DNA of 64,000 nucleotides, from NCBI GenBank assembly GCA_963833125.1, contig CAWHWX010000019.1, positions 160,001 to 224,000 of the forward strand, given 5' to 3'. The notes under the pieces are model-generated. The model saw only the letters and a list, made by a program, of their open reading frames with translations. It had not been told where the DNA came from and did not search any database. This DNA comes from Candidatus Bathyarchaeota archaeon. GTDB lineage: Archaea > Thermoproteota > Bathyarchaeia > 40CM-2-53-6. Positions within the stretch are counted from its first letter, which is position 1, and each line of letters begins with the position of its first letter. A program made the translations under genes and the position numbers. Positions 30,655-40,952 of this stretch are shown here, piece after piece.

Positions 30655-32193
30655 CTAGCTGCTATCTTTGCTCCTTGCAGTCAGAACGCTTAACGCTTCA
30701 GACGAAGTCTTCTCAACTCGCTTCTGCAATTCGTTAAGGAGATGTTCCGTTCTTTTACGATAATCCGTATCCTTAACTCCGGTCAGATTGATTGCGACGT
30801 TGGCGGTCGCGCCCTGGAATCCCGCCCGGGCTAGAAAGACGGCGGTTCGTATGTCTGAGAGCGCATTGAGATTTGCGTATTCAGCGAGGTTCCTGGCCGC
30901 GTCCAGAGTACGTGCAGCCAAGTCCGTAGTTTCAAGTGGCACTTGGGCGGCGTCCTTGAGTCGCATTTGTATCTCCGCAGATCTGGCCTGTTTGTCCGAA
31001 TCAGTTTCTTTCGGCAAACGATACGCCTTCATTACAGTAGCGAAGCTCTGCGCGTCCCGGTCTACTAGCGTGAGCGATTGAACTCGGAGTTTTTCGCTCT
31101 CTTCAAGAATTCCCTTAACTGCCGGCCAGTGTTTTTCGTATTCAGTTTTCTTCAGGGTGAGTCGGGAAACCATACTTACGAGGCTTGCCGACAAGGCAAC
31201 AGCGTAGGCCGATGCGCTTCCACCTCCTGGAACCGGTTTCTCGGAGGCAAGTTCAGAAGTGAAAGCCGCCAAGTTCATTGACACAAGTCGGTTGGATTCC
31301 GATTCCGAGAGCTTGCGTTCTAGGATTTGGTCCTTCTTGAAACTCTGAAGACGGAGATAAAACTGAGCGCTGTCAATCAAGGCTTCTGTGGGAACTAGGC
31401 CGACGATTTCGCTCTCGATAACCTGGACGCCTTGTTCCTCAGCGAGGGTTCGGATGAGCTCAAATGCTTTGAAGAGTTGGCTAGCCTTGTAATCCACCAT
31501 ATTCATTGAGACTTGGACGATGCCGCGGTCTTTCAGCTCGAACCCCAGAGCCTTTACGGCAGAAAGTCCACCGTCCTTTCCCCTGACCTGTCTGGCGATT
31601 TTCTTGGCCACGTCTAGGTTGGCAGTTCCCAGGTTCACGTTGTAAGCTATGAGTATCGGCCTAGCGCCTATCGCGGTAGCTCCGGCAGTTGGATGAATCG
31701 CGTTAGGCCCGAAGTCCGGCGTCTTATCGGGGTTTTTGCCTATTTCCTCGCGTAATCCCTCGAATTCACCCTTTCTAACGTCGGCGAGATTCCTCCTCTC
31801 GGGTCTCGTTGCCGCCTCCTCGTACAGATAGACTGGGACTTTGAATCTAGCAGCAAATTCCTTCGCAAAATCCTTCGCTAACTGGACGCATTCGTCCATT
31901 GTAACATCAGATATTGGAATGAACGGGATGACATCGACCGCTCCCATCCGAGGATGTTCGCCGTGGTGTTTGTTCAGGTCGATGAGCTCGATGGCTTTTG
32001 CGCTGATCGCTAAACCAGCTTCCTTCACATCGCCGGGTTCGCCGACAAACGTCAAGACGGATCGATTGTGGTTTGCGTCGGATTCGACGTCGAGGACCTT
32101 AACGTTCCTAGCTCGCGCCTCGTTGACAATCGCGTCAATCACTTCCTTCCTTCTTCCCTCGCTGAAATTAGGGACGCACTCTACCAGTTTCAA
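30655..32193 (-). CDS. ftcd: Fused glutamate formimidoyltransferase / cyclodeaminase (FTCD)
   Basis: ECVPNFSEGR, HNRSV, HPRMGAVDV, QVSMN; C-terminal PVPGGGSASA. Confidence 0.92.
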   Translation of the reverse strand: MKLVECVPNFSEGRRKEVIDAIVNEARARNVKVLDVESDANHNRSVLTFVGEPGDVKEAGLAISAKAIELIDLNKHHGEHPRMGAVDVIPFIPISDVTMDECVQLAKDFAKEFAARFKVPVYLYEEAATRPERRNLADVRKGEFEGLREEIGKNPDKTPDFGPNAIHPTAGATAIGARPILIAYNVNLGTANLDVAKKIARQVRGKDGGLSAVKALGFELKDRGIVQVSMNMVDYKASQLFKAFELIRTLAEEQGVQVIESEIVGLVPTEALIDSAQFYLRLQSFKKDQILERKLSESESNRLVSMNLAAFTSELASEKPVPGGGSASAYAVALSASLVSMVSRLTLKKTEYEKHWPAVKGILEESEKLRVQSLTLVDRDAQSFATVMKAYRLPKETDSDKQARSAEIQMRLKDAAQVPLETTDLAARTLDAARNLAEYANLNALSDIRTAVFLARAGFQGATANVAINLTGVKDTDYRKRTEHLLNELQKRVEKTSSEALSVLTARSKDSS

Positions 32194-32294
32194 AAATTGT
32201 CATACCCGAGGAGGGGCCCCGAGGCTAATTTCGTTTCGGTTGATTCTCGAAGTAAATCTACTGTTCAATAAGGTGAGCCAGTCATACTCTAATC

Positions 32295-33206
32295 TTGGCA
32301 GGGGAAAACTTGACTGCTAGAATAATGGACGGGAATCCCGTATCCCGAATCATCAGATCGAAGATAAAGGAAGAAGTCCTTTCGCTTAGGAAATCGAACA
32401 TCGAACCCAGTCTCGTAACCGTAATCGTCGGAAATAATCCAGCATCTCAAACCTATCTCAATAATCAAAATGCGGCGTGCACCGCTGCAGGGATCAAATC
32501 ACGCAACATCGAATTGACAGAAGATACACCGCAGTCAGAGCTTGAGCAGGCAATTCACGACATGAATGAAGATAAGACAGTGACAGGCATTCTCCTTCAG
32601 CTTCCACTACCCAAGCATCTTAACGAGGCCGCGGCTGTGGCCTCAATTGCGAAAGAGAAAGACGTAGACGGGTTGAACCCTTGCAACGTTGGGCGATTGG
32701 CAGAAAAGGATGCGAAGCTGGCCCCGTGTACACCAAAGGGAGTAATTGTCCTGTTGAAGTATTATCAGGTGGGACTCGCAGGGAAGCACGCAGTCATAAT
32801 CAACAGGAGCAAGCTGATAGGAAGGCCCTTGACACAACTTCTGTTGAACGAGGATGCTACCGTAACCGTATGTCACTCGAAAACGCAGACACTAGCTGAC
32901 ATTACGAAACAGGCCGACATTCTTCTCACGGGGATCGGGAGACGTTCCGAATTTACCGTCGGCCCCGAGATGATTAAGCCGGGAGCCGCCGTTGTGGACA
33001 TCGGCACGAGTAGCGTTGGCGGCAAACTGCTGGGCGACGTTGACTTTGACAATGCAATTCGTGTGGCGTCCATCATAAGCCCCGTCCCTGGAGGAGTGGG
33101 CCCACTAACAGTGTCAATGCTGTTGTACAACTCTTTGGTTGCTGCATCGATGCAACATGATCTGAAGATGGAATTTAGTTTAGACCAATTCATAATGTCG
33201 ACCTAA
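32295..33206 (+). CDS. folD: Methylene-THF dehydrogenase FolD
   Basis: GILLQLPLP, KDVDG, PCTPKG, PVPGGVGPLTV. Confidence 0.93.
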   Translation: MAGENLTARIMDGNPVSRIIRSKIKEEVLSLRKSNIEPSLVTVIVGNNPASQTYLNNQNAACTAAGIKSRNIELTEDTPQSELEQAIHDMNEDKTVTGILLQLPLPKHLNEAAAVASIAKEKDVDGLNPCNVGRLAEKDAKLAPCTPKGVIVLLKYYQVGLAGKHAVIINRSKLIGRPLTQLLLNEDATVTVCHSKTQTLADITKQADILLTGIGRRSEFTVGPEMIKPGAAVVDIGTSSVGGKLLGDVDFDNAIRVASIISPVPGGVGPLTVSMLLYNSLVAASMQHDLKMEFSLDQFIMST

Positions 33207-33382
33207 CAAAGACGAAATATGTTCTCATTCCCTTGTTCGCGGATGGATCGGTTGGTTGAGCAGATAGGCGACAGTTCCACCTACCTTTTTAACGGCCCAT
33301 GACCTTAGTAGCAATCGTCGTGTGCGTTTTGTACCGAACCCGCTTCGTCGGGATCCGAAACTAAGCGACACTTGGTGTTGAA

Positions 33383-34583
33383 TTGCAGAAGGAGAGTAGG
33401 TTGGATGCTCAACTGCGTGTTGGTTTTGTCAGCACTTACCCTCCCAGGGAATGCGGTATAGCAAGTTACACACGGAACCTCTCACTCGCTTTGCTGATGC
33501 GGGGCCATGTCCGTGAGAATGTAGTTGTCGCGATCAACGAGGAAGGAGGAAACCTTTACTCGGACAAGAACGTAAGAGGCACAATAGATCAGCACGATCG
33601 CGAAAGCTACCTAGCTGCAGCCAAATTTCTGAACGATTCCAACGTCTCAATTACCAGTGTGCAGCATGAGTACGGAATATTCGGGGGCGAATGGGGTGAG
33701 TATGTCTTGGATCTCTACTCCAACCTCGAGAAACCGATCGTAACGACGTTTCATACAGTAATGGCTAAACCGCCCAAGAAAGGCGCGTCGGGTTTTGAGC
33801 GAGCTCGCGGAGATGAGTGAGGCAGTAGTAGTCACGATAGAATCTGCTGCAAAGCTTCTGGAGGATCAGACTGGACTTTCACCCAGTCGAATACGGATAA
33901 TAGGCCATGGGGCGGCAGTACCGGAACGACCGCGGGACCAGTATGCTAAACGGGAATTAGGGTTACAGAAACACTTCGTTCTCGCTACACTAGGTTTGAT
34001 CAGTGAGGGGAAAGGAATCGAGTACGCAATAAGAGCGATTTCTAGGCTTGTAAAAGAACGGCCGGATATTCTCTATTTAGTAATAGGCGAGACTCACCCG
34101 GAGGTTCGTAAGCACGAAGGAGAGGCCTACCGCGATAAGCTTGTTGCACTTGCTAAGCGGCTGGGGGTCGAGAATCATGTCAAATTCATTGATAGCTTTC
34201 TGCCTGAAGACAGACTGTCAAGATACCTCCAAGCAGCGGACGTTTATGTTGCGCCCTATCTTGGGAGAGATCAGGTTTCTAGCGGCACTTTGACCTTGGC
34301 TCTTAGCCACGGGAAGGCTATAGTCTCAACACCATCGACTTTCTCAAAGGAAGTCTTGTCGGGCAACAGGGGGTTGCTCTGCAAATTTGCGGACGCACCA
34401 TCGATCGCTGCCTGTGTAGATAGGATAATGAGTGATTCAGTGCTTAAGCGGCAATTGGAAGGAAATGCATTCAAGTACGGCCGACAAGTGGGATGGACAA
34501 GGGTAGCTGACGAGTATGCTGAAACCTTCAGATTTGCAACAAGATCTGCCAAAGTTGTGCGAGAGACTCGTCAAGTCAGTTAG
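33383..34583 (+). CDS. GT4 glycosyltransferase (frameshift near 33785)
   Basis: STYPPRECGIA, QHEYGIFGG, KGIE, GETHP, QVSSGTL. Confidence 0.88.
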
Positions 34584-35604
34584 ACTCGACCACCTATTCG
34601 CGCTCACCGATGCTACCGCAGTAATCCAACACGCGAGGTTCTCAGTTCCTTACAAGAAGGAGGGGTATGCGGTAGATGACAGTGCACGGGCATTGGTGTT
34701 CAGTGTTAAGGCGCCTCAATATTGGCCTGACAACCGCCTAGTCGATCTTCAGAAGAAACTTCTGAGTTTCCTTTTGCTAATGCAAGACGACGGTGGAGTG
34801 ATGCATAACTTCATGGATTTTACTCTAGATCTCATCGACAAACCGACGATAGGCGATCATCTGGGAAGAACACTTTGGGCAACAGGCACGATATTGAATT
34901 CAAACGTAGCAGAAGGAATGAAGGGATCTGCAAGGCTAATCTTCGATCGAGCCCTTCCGTGGGCTCGCGTCTCCGACTCGCTTCGAACGAAGGCCTACGC
35001 GTGTCTTGCGATACATGAACGAATGCTCGCAGAACCTGATGACAAGAATCTGCAAACCGACTTGAGGGAAACTTCAGCAGGTCTACTGAAAGCCTATCAG
35101 ATGAACAAAGATAGTGAGTGGAAGTGGTACGAGAACATTCTCACATATGACAATGCTCGGTTGAGTCAAGCGATGTTGGTAGCATACGAGGTTCTTCATG
35201 ACGAAGCGTTACTGAAGGCGGGTGAGGAAACGCTGAGTTTCCTAAACAACGCGCAGACGCAAAATGGGATTTGCACTCCTATAGGTAACAACGGCTGGTA
35301 CGGAAAGGGGAAAGAGAAAGCTCTGTACGACCAGCAGCCCATCGAGCCGGGAGCATTGATCGAAGCGAATGCGAATGCTTACCGAATGACGCGTGATAGA
35401 TCTTATGAGAATATGGCTAGACGGGCACTGGGATGGTTCTTCGGTATGAATACGAAAAACGCCATCGTTTACGATGAAGAATCAGGAGGATCGTATGATG
35501 GGATCGGCGAGCGCGGAGTTAACCAGAACCAAGGAGCCGAATCTACAATCGCATTCCTATTAGCTGCAGAGGAATTCCTAACATGTTTCGGCCGCCCAGG
35601 GTGA
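34516..35604 (+). CDS. GT4-associated alpha/alpha-toroid protein
   Basis: GYAVDDSARAL, LTYDNA, DQQPIE, NQNQGAEST. Confidence 0.75.
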   Translation: MLKPSDLQQDLPKLCERLVKSVRLDHLFALTDATAVIQHARFSVPYKKEGYAVDDSARALVFSVKAPQYWPDNRLVDLQKKLLSFLLLMQDDGGVMHNFMDFTLDLIDKPTIGDHLGRTLWATGTILNSNVAEGMKGSARLIFDRALPWARVSDSLRTKAYACLAIHERMLAEPDDKNLQTDLRETSAGLLKAYQMNKDSEWKWYENILTYDNARLSQAMLVAYEVLHDEALLKAGEETLSFLNNAQTQNGICTPIGNNGWYGKGKEKALYDQQPIEPGALIEANANAYRMTRDRSYENMARRALGWFFGMNTKNAIVYDEESGGSYDGIGERGVNQNQGAESTIAFLLAAEEFLTCFGRPG

Positions 35605-35609
35605 TGGAT

Positions 35610-36530
35610 TCAGTTCGAGTCTTCGAGTTCATCGAGAAATTGGTTCAGCGGCGCGGAGGCAACACAGCACACAGCATCCGCTCCACCGTAATACACGAAT
35701 AAAGTCCCATTAACCGCCGCTACCCCGTCAGGAAAAACAACGTTCGAGACCACTCCCTGCTTCTCAAAGTCCATTTCAGGTTCTAAAATGGGCTCCCTGG
35801 AGCGGCTTAGTACCCTGGCAGGATTTTCCGGGTCAAGGAGCATTGCTCCCGCTCGGTAAATGTGATCTATGTCTACTCCGTGGTAGAGGACTAACCATCC
35901 ACGATCTGTCTTGATCGGTGGAGGTCCGACGCCAACCTTTCTTTGTTCCCACGGAAACTTAGACCTTATGACCTCATAATCATCCAGATGCTCCATGTAG
36001 CTTCTCCAGAATTCTTGAGACTTTTGTAGGTGTGAGATGCTGTCAAAGTAGGCGATTTGAATCTTAGATTCTAATCGGTGTAGCAAAGCAATTTTGCCAG
36101 CAATGCGTTCTGGAAAGATAACGCAGTCCTTGTCATCGCGGTCCGGCCCGATCAAACCAAGTTTCTCGAAATTCTTGAAGTCAAAGGTTGAGGTGAGTGC
36201 CAAGCGGGGGCCGCGCCGAGAATATGCAGTGTACGTAATGTAATACATACCATCAAGTTGAGTAATCCGAGGATCCTCACACCCAAACTCCTCCCAGCCC
36301 GCAGACGGTCCGACAATTGGCTTTTCCGAGCGATCATAAATCTCGGTCCCGTTATTACTTCGTGCGTAGCCTAGTCTGGAGACTCTGTTTTCAGCTACGG
36401 CACGGTAGAGTATGTGGATGGTTCCATTCTCGACTATTGTTCCAGGATTGAATGTGCCTTTAAGCTCCCACGATTTTTCCTCTCTTGGAGCAATTATGGG
36501 GTTGCCTTCGAATCGAGTCAGCTTCAACAA
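35610..36530 (-). CDS. GH130-type glycosidase/phosphorylase
   Basis: FNPG, LYRA, GCEDPRI, DKD..IFPE, NVVFP, YYGGAD. Confidence 0.9.
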   Translation of the reverse strand: MLKLTRFEGNPIIAPREEKSWELKGTFNPGTIVENGTIHILYRAVAENRVSRLGYARSNNGTEIYDRSEKPIVGPSAGWEEFGCEDPRITQLDGMYYITYTAYSRRGPRLALTSTFDFKNFEKLGLIGPDRDDKDCVIFPERIAGKIALLHRLESKIQIAYFDSISHLQKSQEFWRSYMEHLDDYEVIRSKFPWEQRKVGVGPPPIKTDRGWLVLYHGVDIDHIYRAGAMLLDPENPARVLSRSREPILEPEMDFEKQGVVSNVVFPDGVAAVNGTLFVYYGGADAVCCVASAPLNQFLDELEDSN

Positions 36531-36685
36531 ATATTGGACTACATCCGAACGTTGTCAAATTGCAGAACGAGCGCAGGGGCGGAGGCAATATTTGCTTTGC
36601 GCTTCAGAACCCTACTGACAAGAAGAACGACGAAAAAAGGATGTCAGGCAATACCCTTCCAATCCAACGTGAACCATGGTAAAGG

Positions 36686-36790
36686 TTACCATTCCCAGAG
36701 GTAGTAACCTGTCCACGGGTTGTAGTAGTAATATCCGTACGCGTAAGTTGCTGGGTATAGGTACGAGGGATACATTATAGGAGCTCTCAT
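36686..36790 (-). CDS. Tyr/Trp-rich micro-protein (34 aa)
   Basis: MRAPIMYPSYLYPATYAYGYYYYNPWTGYYLWEW*; GGTGGTGA ribosome-binding site ~10 nt upstream. Confidence 0.6.
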   Translation of the reverse strand: MRAPIMYPSYLYPATYAYGYYYYNPWTGYYLWEW

Positions 36791-36880
36791 CGTTAAGCGC
36801 TCACCACCGTCGAATTCTGTTATTCTGGACTAACTTGCAGGGATTTGGTCCTCATTCGGTGTGGTGATGTTGCGTGTTTC

Positions 36881-37069
36881 CTAACCGCTCGCGGCTAAGA
36901 CTTCTACCGTCGGCTGGTAGACTGCACGTTCTCTTATCTTCGCTGAAGATCGCAGTTGCGTATCGCAATGTTGCTCGCAACGTTCCGCTGTACCGATGGC
37001 CTGATACCCGTATCCACAGAATTCGCAAAGATATGCGACGTTGTCATGTAATCTGAGTTCAGTCACCAT
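36881..37069 (-). CDS. Small Zn-finger protein
   Basis: YLCEFCG...CEQHC; GAGG upstream. Confidence 0.65.
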   Translation of the reverse strand: MVTELRLHDNVAYLCEFCGYGYQAIGTAERCEQHCDTQLRSSAKIRERAVYQPTVEVLAASG

Positions 37070-37211
37070 TGTTTCATAACCTCTACCAAGAATTTAGTGT
37101 CTCGTAATCCATTAGCATTGGTCGAACATGTGTATACATCTACCCAGCGGAATTAGGTGACCGGAGTTTATATTGATACGACTAAACTCAATAGAAACGT
37201 CCCAGGGTAGA

Positions 37212-38135
37212 CTACTTTCCGGGCTTCTTTCTTGCTTCATTGAGCACGTATCGAACTGCGCTATAGAGAGTGCTTTTCATCTCTTTCTCCGTTTGCTTTT
37301 CAACTCTGTAGCTTGTCGACACAAGATAGCCGCTAGGCGAGACTTCCAAGATTTCAAAACTATCTTCCTCACCGTTGAAACCCTTCATCTTAGAAACATG
37401 CGAATTCAAATGCGCTCGCAAATTCTCAGGGTCAAAATGTATCGGTGCTTCGAATTGAATTGCGATCACACCCTGTCTTCCGTGTGTAAGATTCATGATC
37501 AATGATTGAGTTACAATGCTGTTAGGTACCTTCAGCAGAGCATTTGAGTCGGTTAGGATCATCGTGTATGCCAGGCTGATCCCCTTCACCACTCCCGTGT
37601 AGCTTGGTTCCATCCAACCATGGGCGATAGAAGGAGCGAACTTCCCGTATTGCCAGGTTATCAAGGCAATTCGATCGTTAATGTTGAAGGGCCGGGCAGC
37701 GAGAAGCATTAACCCTGAGATAAGATTCCCTAGTACCTCCTGTGCAGCGAGTCCTACCACTATGCCAAAGAATCCTATTCCCACTAATGCGCTAACAAAA
37801 CTGCCTCCCGTAGGGCCTGAGAGAAAGATGACTGCTACAATAATTATTCCGAGCCCTAACAGCTGAAAAAGCATCTTGACCGTATTTCTCTGGGTAGGTC
37901 CCGCTCGCGACGCAATGGGGGGAGCAATTATTCTAAGGAGTGTTATCGTTATCGCGGTACCAGTTACTACTACCACCCCGATATCGATGAAGTGAATGAA
38001 TCTATCCGGAAACGAGATTGAAAGTAGCCAGTAGCGGATCACGCTCCATGCCAAGAAGATGGCAACAACCGTAGCAATCAGAACTAGAAGCCTCTCAGAT
38101 AACGTGCCGCCGAATCTGGTAGCCATCACTAGCAC
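37212..38135 (-). CDS. MscS-family mechanosensitive channel
   Basis: GLAAQEVLGNLISG...RPF, VPNS; N-terminal TMs. Confidence 0.88.
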   Translation of the reverse strand: MLVMATRFGGTLSERLLVLIATVVAIFLAWSVIRYWLLSISFPDRFIHFIDIGVVVVTGTAITITLLRIIAPPIASRAGPTQRNTVKMLFQLLGLGIIIVAVIFLSGPTGGSFVSALVGIGFFGIVVGLAAQEVLGNLISGLMLLAARPFNINDRIALITWQYGKFAPSIAHGWMEPSYTGVVKGISLAYTMILTDSNALLKVPNSIVTQSLIMNLTHGRQGVIAIQFEAPIHFDPENLRAHLNSHVSKMKGFNGEEDSFEILEVSPSGYLVSTSYRVEKQTEKEMKSTLYSAVRYVLNEARKKPGK

Positions 38136-38416
38136 TCACTTACACGAACGCGAGGTACGGTTTGGTCGATCTCAAAGAAGGCTGCCCAAGACATTAGGGA
38201 GTGTGAGGGTCGCAAATCTTAACCGTCTGCCTGGAGTAACCCAGCCTGCGAGGTCAATATGTGTGATTCTACCATTTCCACGATACGACTACTTTGCACT
38301 TTCCGGCGGCCGAATCAACCGTGTGAATAGACACGCTCACGGTATCCAGGACTAGGGTCTGGTGGAAAAAGTAGAAGTTCGGCTAATATCTGGCCCGTGA
38401 TAAGTGTTCCCAGCAT

Positions 38417-40606
38417 GTGACGATTCAATTGGTCAAACTCCAAAATTCACAATTGTCGAGCGTAACTCTAACGCTCTTGCTCCTGTTCACGGTCTTTTCC
38501 GTGAGTACGACGAGAGTTAATGCAAGTTCGTTGGTTGCTGATCAGCAGTGTTCGTCAGTTGGGGTATCATATCTTGACGGAGTCGGTACGCATGAACCTG
38601 CAGGTCAAACATTCACTCCAACTCAGTCCTCAGTAGTGGGGGTCTCCGTTTACGTTTATTCGGTAAGTAGTGCCCCTACCCCCATGACTGCAAACATTCG
38701 GCTCGGAGGGATTGGGGGAGCCGTATTGGCTGCTTTCACGTTTTCCATTCCGGGCGGATTTGGTGCGCCTACCGGTGATTGGTACCAGGTTCAGTTCCCA
38801 AGTGGAGTCCATCTAACTCCCGGTTCGACCTATGCAATTGATCTGATAGATCAGTCAGGTTCTTCCGCTATCAAGTGGAGTGCCTGTTCGACAACTTACA
38901 GCGGAGGTTGTGGTTACGCGAACGGTACTTGTCAGACTAACTCTTGGGCTTTCATAGAATACTCAGGCGATTTCTCGGTCGCACTAACGTCTTCAAGTCT
39001 AGTTCTGGTTCAAGGTTCATCTGGAAGCGTAGGATTGATCGTCACCTCTCTGAGCAACTTCGCATCCCCAGTCACCATGTCTATCTCTGCCATCAACGGG
39101 GTAGGTGGTTCATTCACCGACAACCCGATCACTCCCACCCCAGGCGGAACTGCAACATCTACCCTCGACATCTTCGTGCCGGGTAATATTCCGGTTGGAA
39201 ATTATACAATCACAGTAACTGGAACAAGTGGTTCCCTGTCTCATTCAACCACGCTTGCGCTGACCGTAGTCGCGACAGGCGTTTCGGACTTCGCCGCCAC
39301 CTCAGGACCAACAGTAGTCTTACCGGCAGGAGCAACCGGGACTGCAACGATATACATCACGGCTTTTGACGGATTCGATTCTCAAGTAGGCCTAGCCGCA
39401 TCTTGGGTAAACGCCGCGCCTGCTGACGTGACCTTCAACCTCCCCAGCCCAATAACCCCGACCGTAGGGGGTACGGCAACGTCCACTCTTACCATCGTCG
39501 CAGGCCCTACCGCTCCCCCGGGCACTTACACTCTCAGAGTTACAGCAGCCAGTGGCTCCTTAACGCATACCGTGGACGTGACTCTCATTATCGCACCTGT
39601 GACAACAATAACTACGACCAGCACCACCGGAACCCCCGACTTTTCAATTGACTCATCCTCATCAACCGTGTCAATCGTTCAAGGATTGAGCGGATCAACA
39701 ACCATCATAGTAACTTCGTTGGGTGGATTCAGTTCACCAGTTACATTTTCAGCTTCTTGGGTTGGTAGTTCCCCTGCAGGTGTAGGATTCACGCTGCCCG
39801 CACCAATAACCCCACCACCAGGCGGGGCCGGTAGCTCACCAATGGGCATCACAACCACTTCAACCGCGTCGACCGGAACCTACGATCTACGAATTGCGGG
39901 CACAAGCGGCACACTTGAACACAGCACAGACATAACCGTCCAAATATCCGCCTCCGGTCCACGTTGCATCATCGCAACCGCCACCTACGGTTCCGAACTC
40001 GCTCCGCAAGTCCAAATACTCCGCAACTACCGTGACGGCGCGATCTTGAAGACAAAAGCGGGGTCAGCTTTCATGATCGCCTTCAACGCCTGGTACTATT
40101 CATTCAGTCCACAGGTAGCGAATCACATAGCGAACAATCCGGCAGAATCAAATCTCATGAGGTCAGTACTTTACCCGTTGATTGGGATATTATCACTTTC
40201 ATACGGTATGTTCAGCCTCACCCGTTCCCAACCCGAGTTTGGACTTCTAATTTCAGGAATGCTCGCAAGTGGATTGATTGGAGCGGTCTACTTCGGTCTA
40301 CCCCTTGCCCTACTCAGACTATCATCGCGACCACTGAGAAACCGAGCCTCGAAAAGGTCCGTCGTAAGATCTCTTGGAGTAATTCTGTCAGGTGCCATTG
40401 GAATCCTTGCCATCGGTGAGCTACTAAATTCAATAATCCTGTTGACCGTCGCTTCCGTCGCCATTGTGCTGTCCACAGTTTCCCTGTCCGCCGCGCTGAC
40501 CTCCATTCGTATCATCTCGTGCGTCAACGCGCTAAACGGAATCACGCACCGATTTCGGACAAAGTTAGCCTATTCAACACCGCTTCCCCAAACCGAGCGG
40601 AATTGA
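38417..40606 (+). CDS. Secreted Ser/Thr-rich surface protein with three Ig-like repeats and a CFI-box C-terminal domain
   Basis: Signal peptide; three ~100-aa DF..F.S.V..PITP..GG..G.Y..SGSL.H repeats; RCIIATATYGSELAPQVQILR followed by TMs. Confidence 0.85.
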   Translation: MTIQLVKLQNSQLSSVTLTLLLLFTVFSVSTTRVNASSLVADQQCSSVGVSYLDGVGTHEPAGQTFTPTQSSVVGVSVYVYSVSSAPTPMTANIRLGGIGGAVLAAFTFSIPGGFGAPTGDWYQVQFPSGVHLTPGSTYAIDLIDQSGSSAIKWSACSTTYSGGCGYANGTCQTNSWAFIEYSGDFSVALTSSSLVLVQGSSGSVGLIVTSLSNFASPVTMSISAINGVGGSFTDNPITPTPGGTATSTLDIFVPGNIPVGNYTITVTGTSGSLSHSTTLALTVVATGVSDFAATSGPTVVLPAGATGTATIYITAFDGFDSQVGLAASWVNAAPADVTFNLPSPITPTVGGTATSTLTIVAGPTAPPGTYTLRVTAASGSLTHTVDVTLIIAPVTTITTTSTTGTPDFSIDSSSSTVSIVQGLSGSTTIIVTSLGGFSSPVTFSASWVGSSPAGVGFTLPAPITPPPGGAGSSPMGITTTSTASTGTYDLRIAGTSGTLEHSTDITVQISASGPRCIIATATYGSELAPQVQILRNYRDGAILKTKAGSAFMIAFNAWYYSFSPQVANHIANNPAESNLMRSVLYPLIGILSLSYGMFSLTRSQPEFGLLISGMLASGLIGAVYFGLPLALLRLSSRPLRNRASKRSVVRSLGVILSGAIGILAIGELLNSIILLTVASVAIVLSTVSLSAALTSIRIISCVNALNGITHRFRTKLAYSTPLPQTERN

Positions 40607-40717
40607 CGTTTTTCATGAAAATCTCTCTAGTTAAGGCAACAGGGATTGATACATTATCGTTAGACGCTATCAACAGGTTTTTCCGGTGCACCCCGGTTCA
40701 ACCTTAACGACGCAGAT

Positions 40718-40828
40718 TTGTTACCATCGCCACCCTTACGCAACTGTCCGAAGTGTCGTGCATGCGGCGGTTGCACTCAGAGAACAAACAACCGATGGTT
40801 TTGTTTGTTTTGTAAGATCTACGTCTAA
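40718..40828 (+). CDS. Cys-rich micro-protein (36 aa)
   Basis: TTG start: MLPSPPLRNCPKCRACGGCTQRTNNRWFCLFCKIYV*. Confidence 0.45.
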   Translation: MLPSPPLRNCPKCRACGGCTQRTNNRWFCLFCKIYV

Positions 40829-40952
40829 AACTGCGCGACTTTCACCGGGGCCAGTTCTTTCGGTAAGGAATTGCATATCTGAAGTGGAAAATGTGTTTTT
40901 GGCGAATCAGATTTTAAAGTAATGGCGCCCATACACCCTCTCGGTTAGCATA

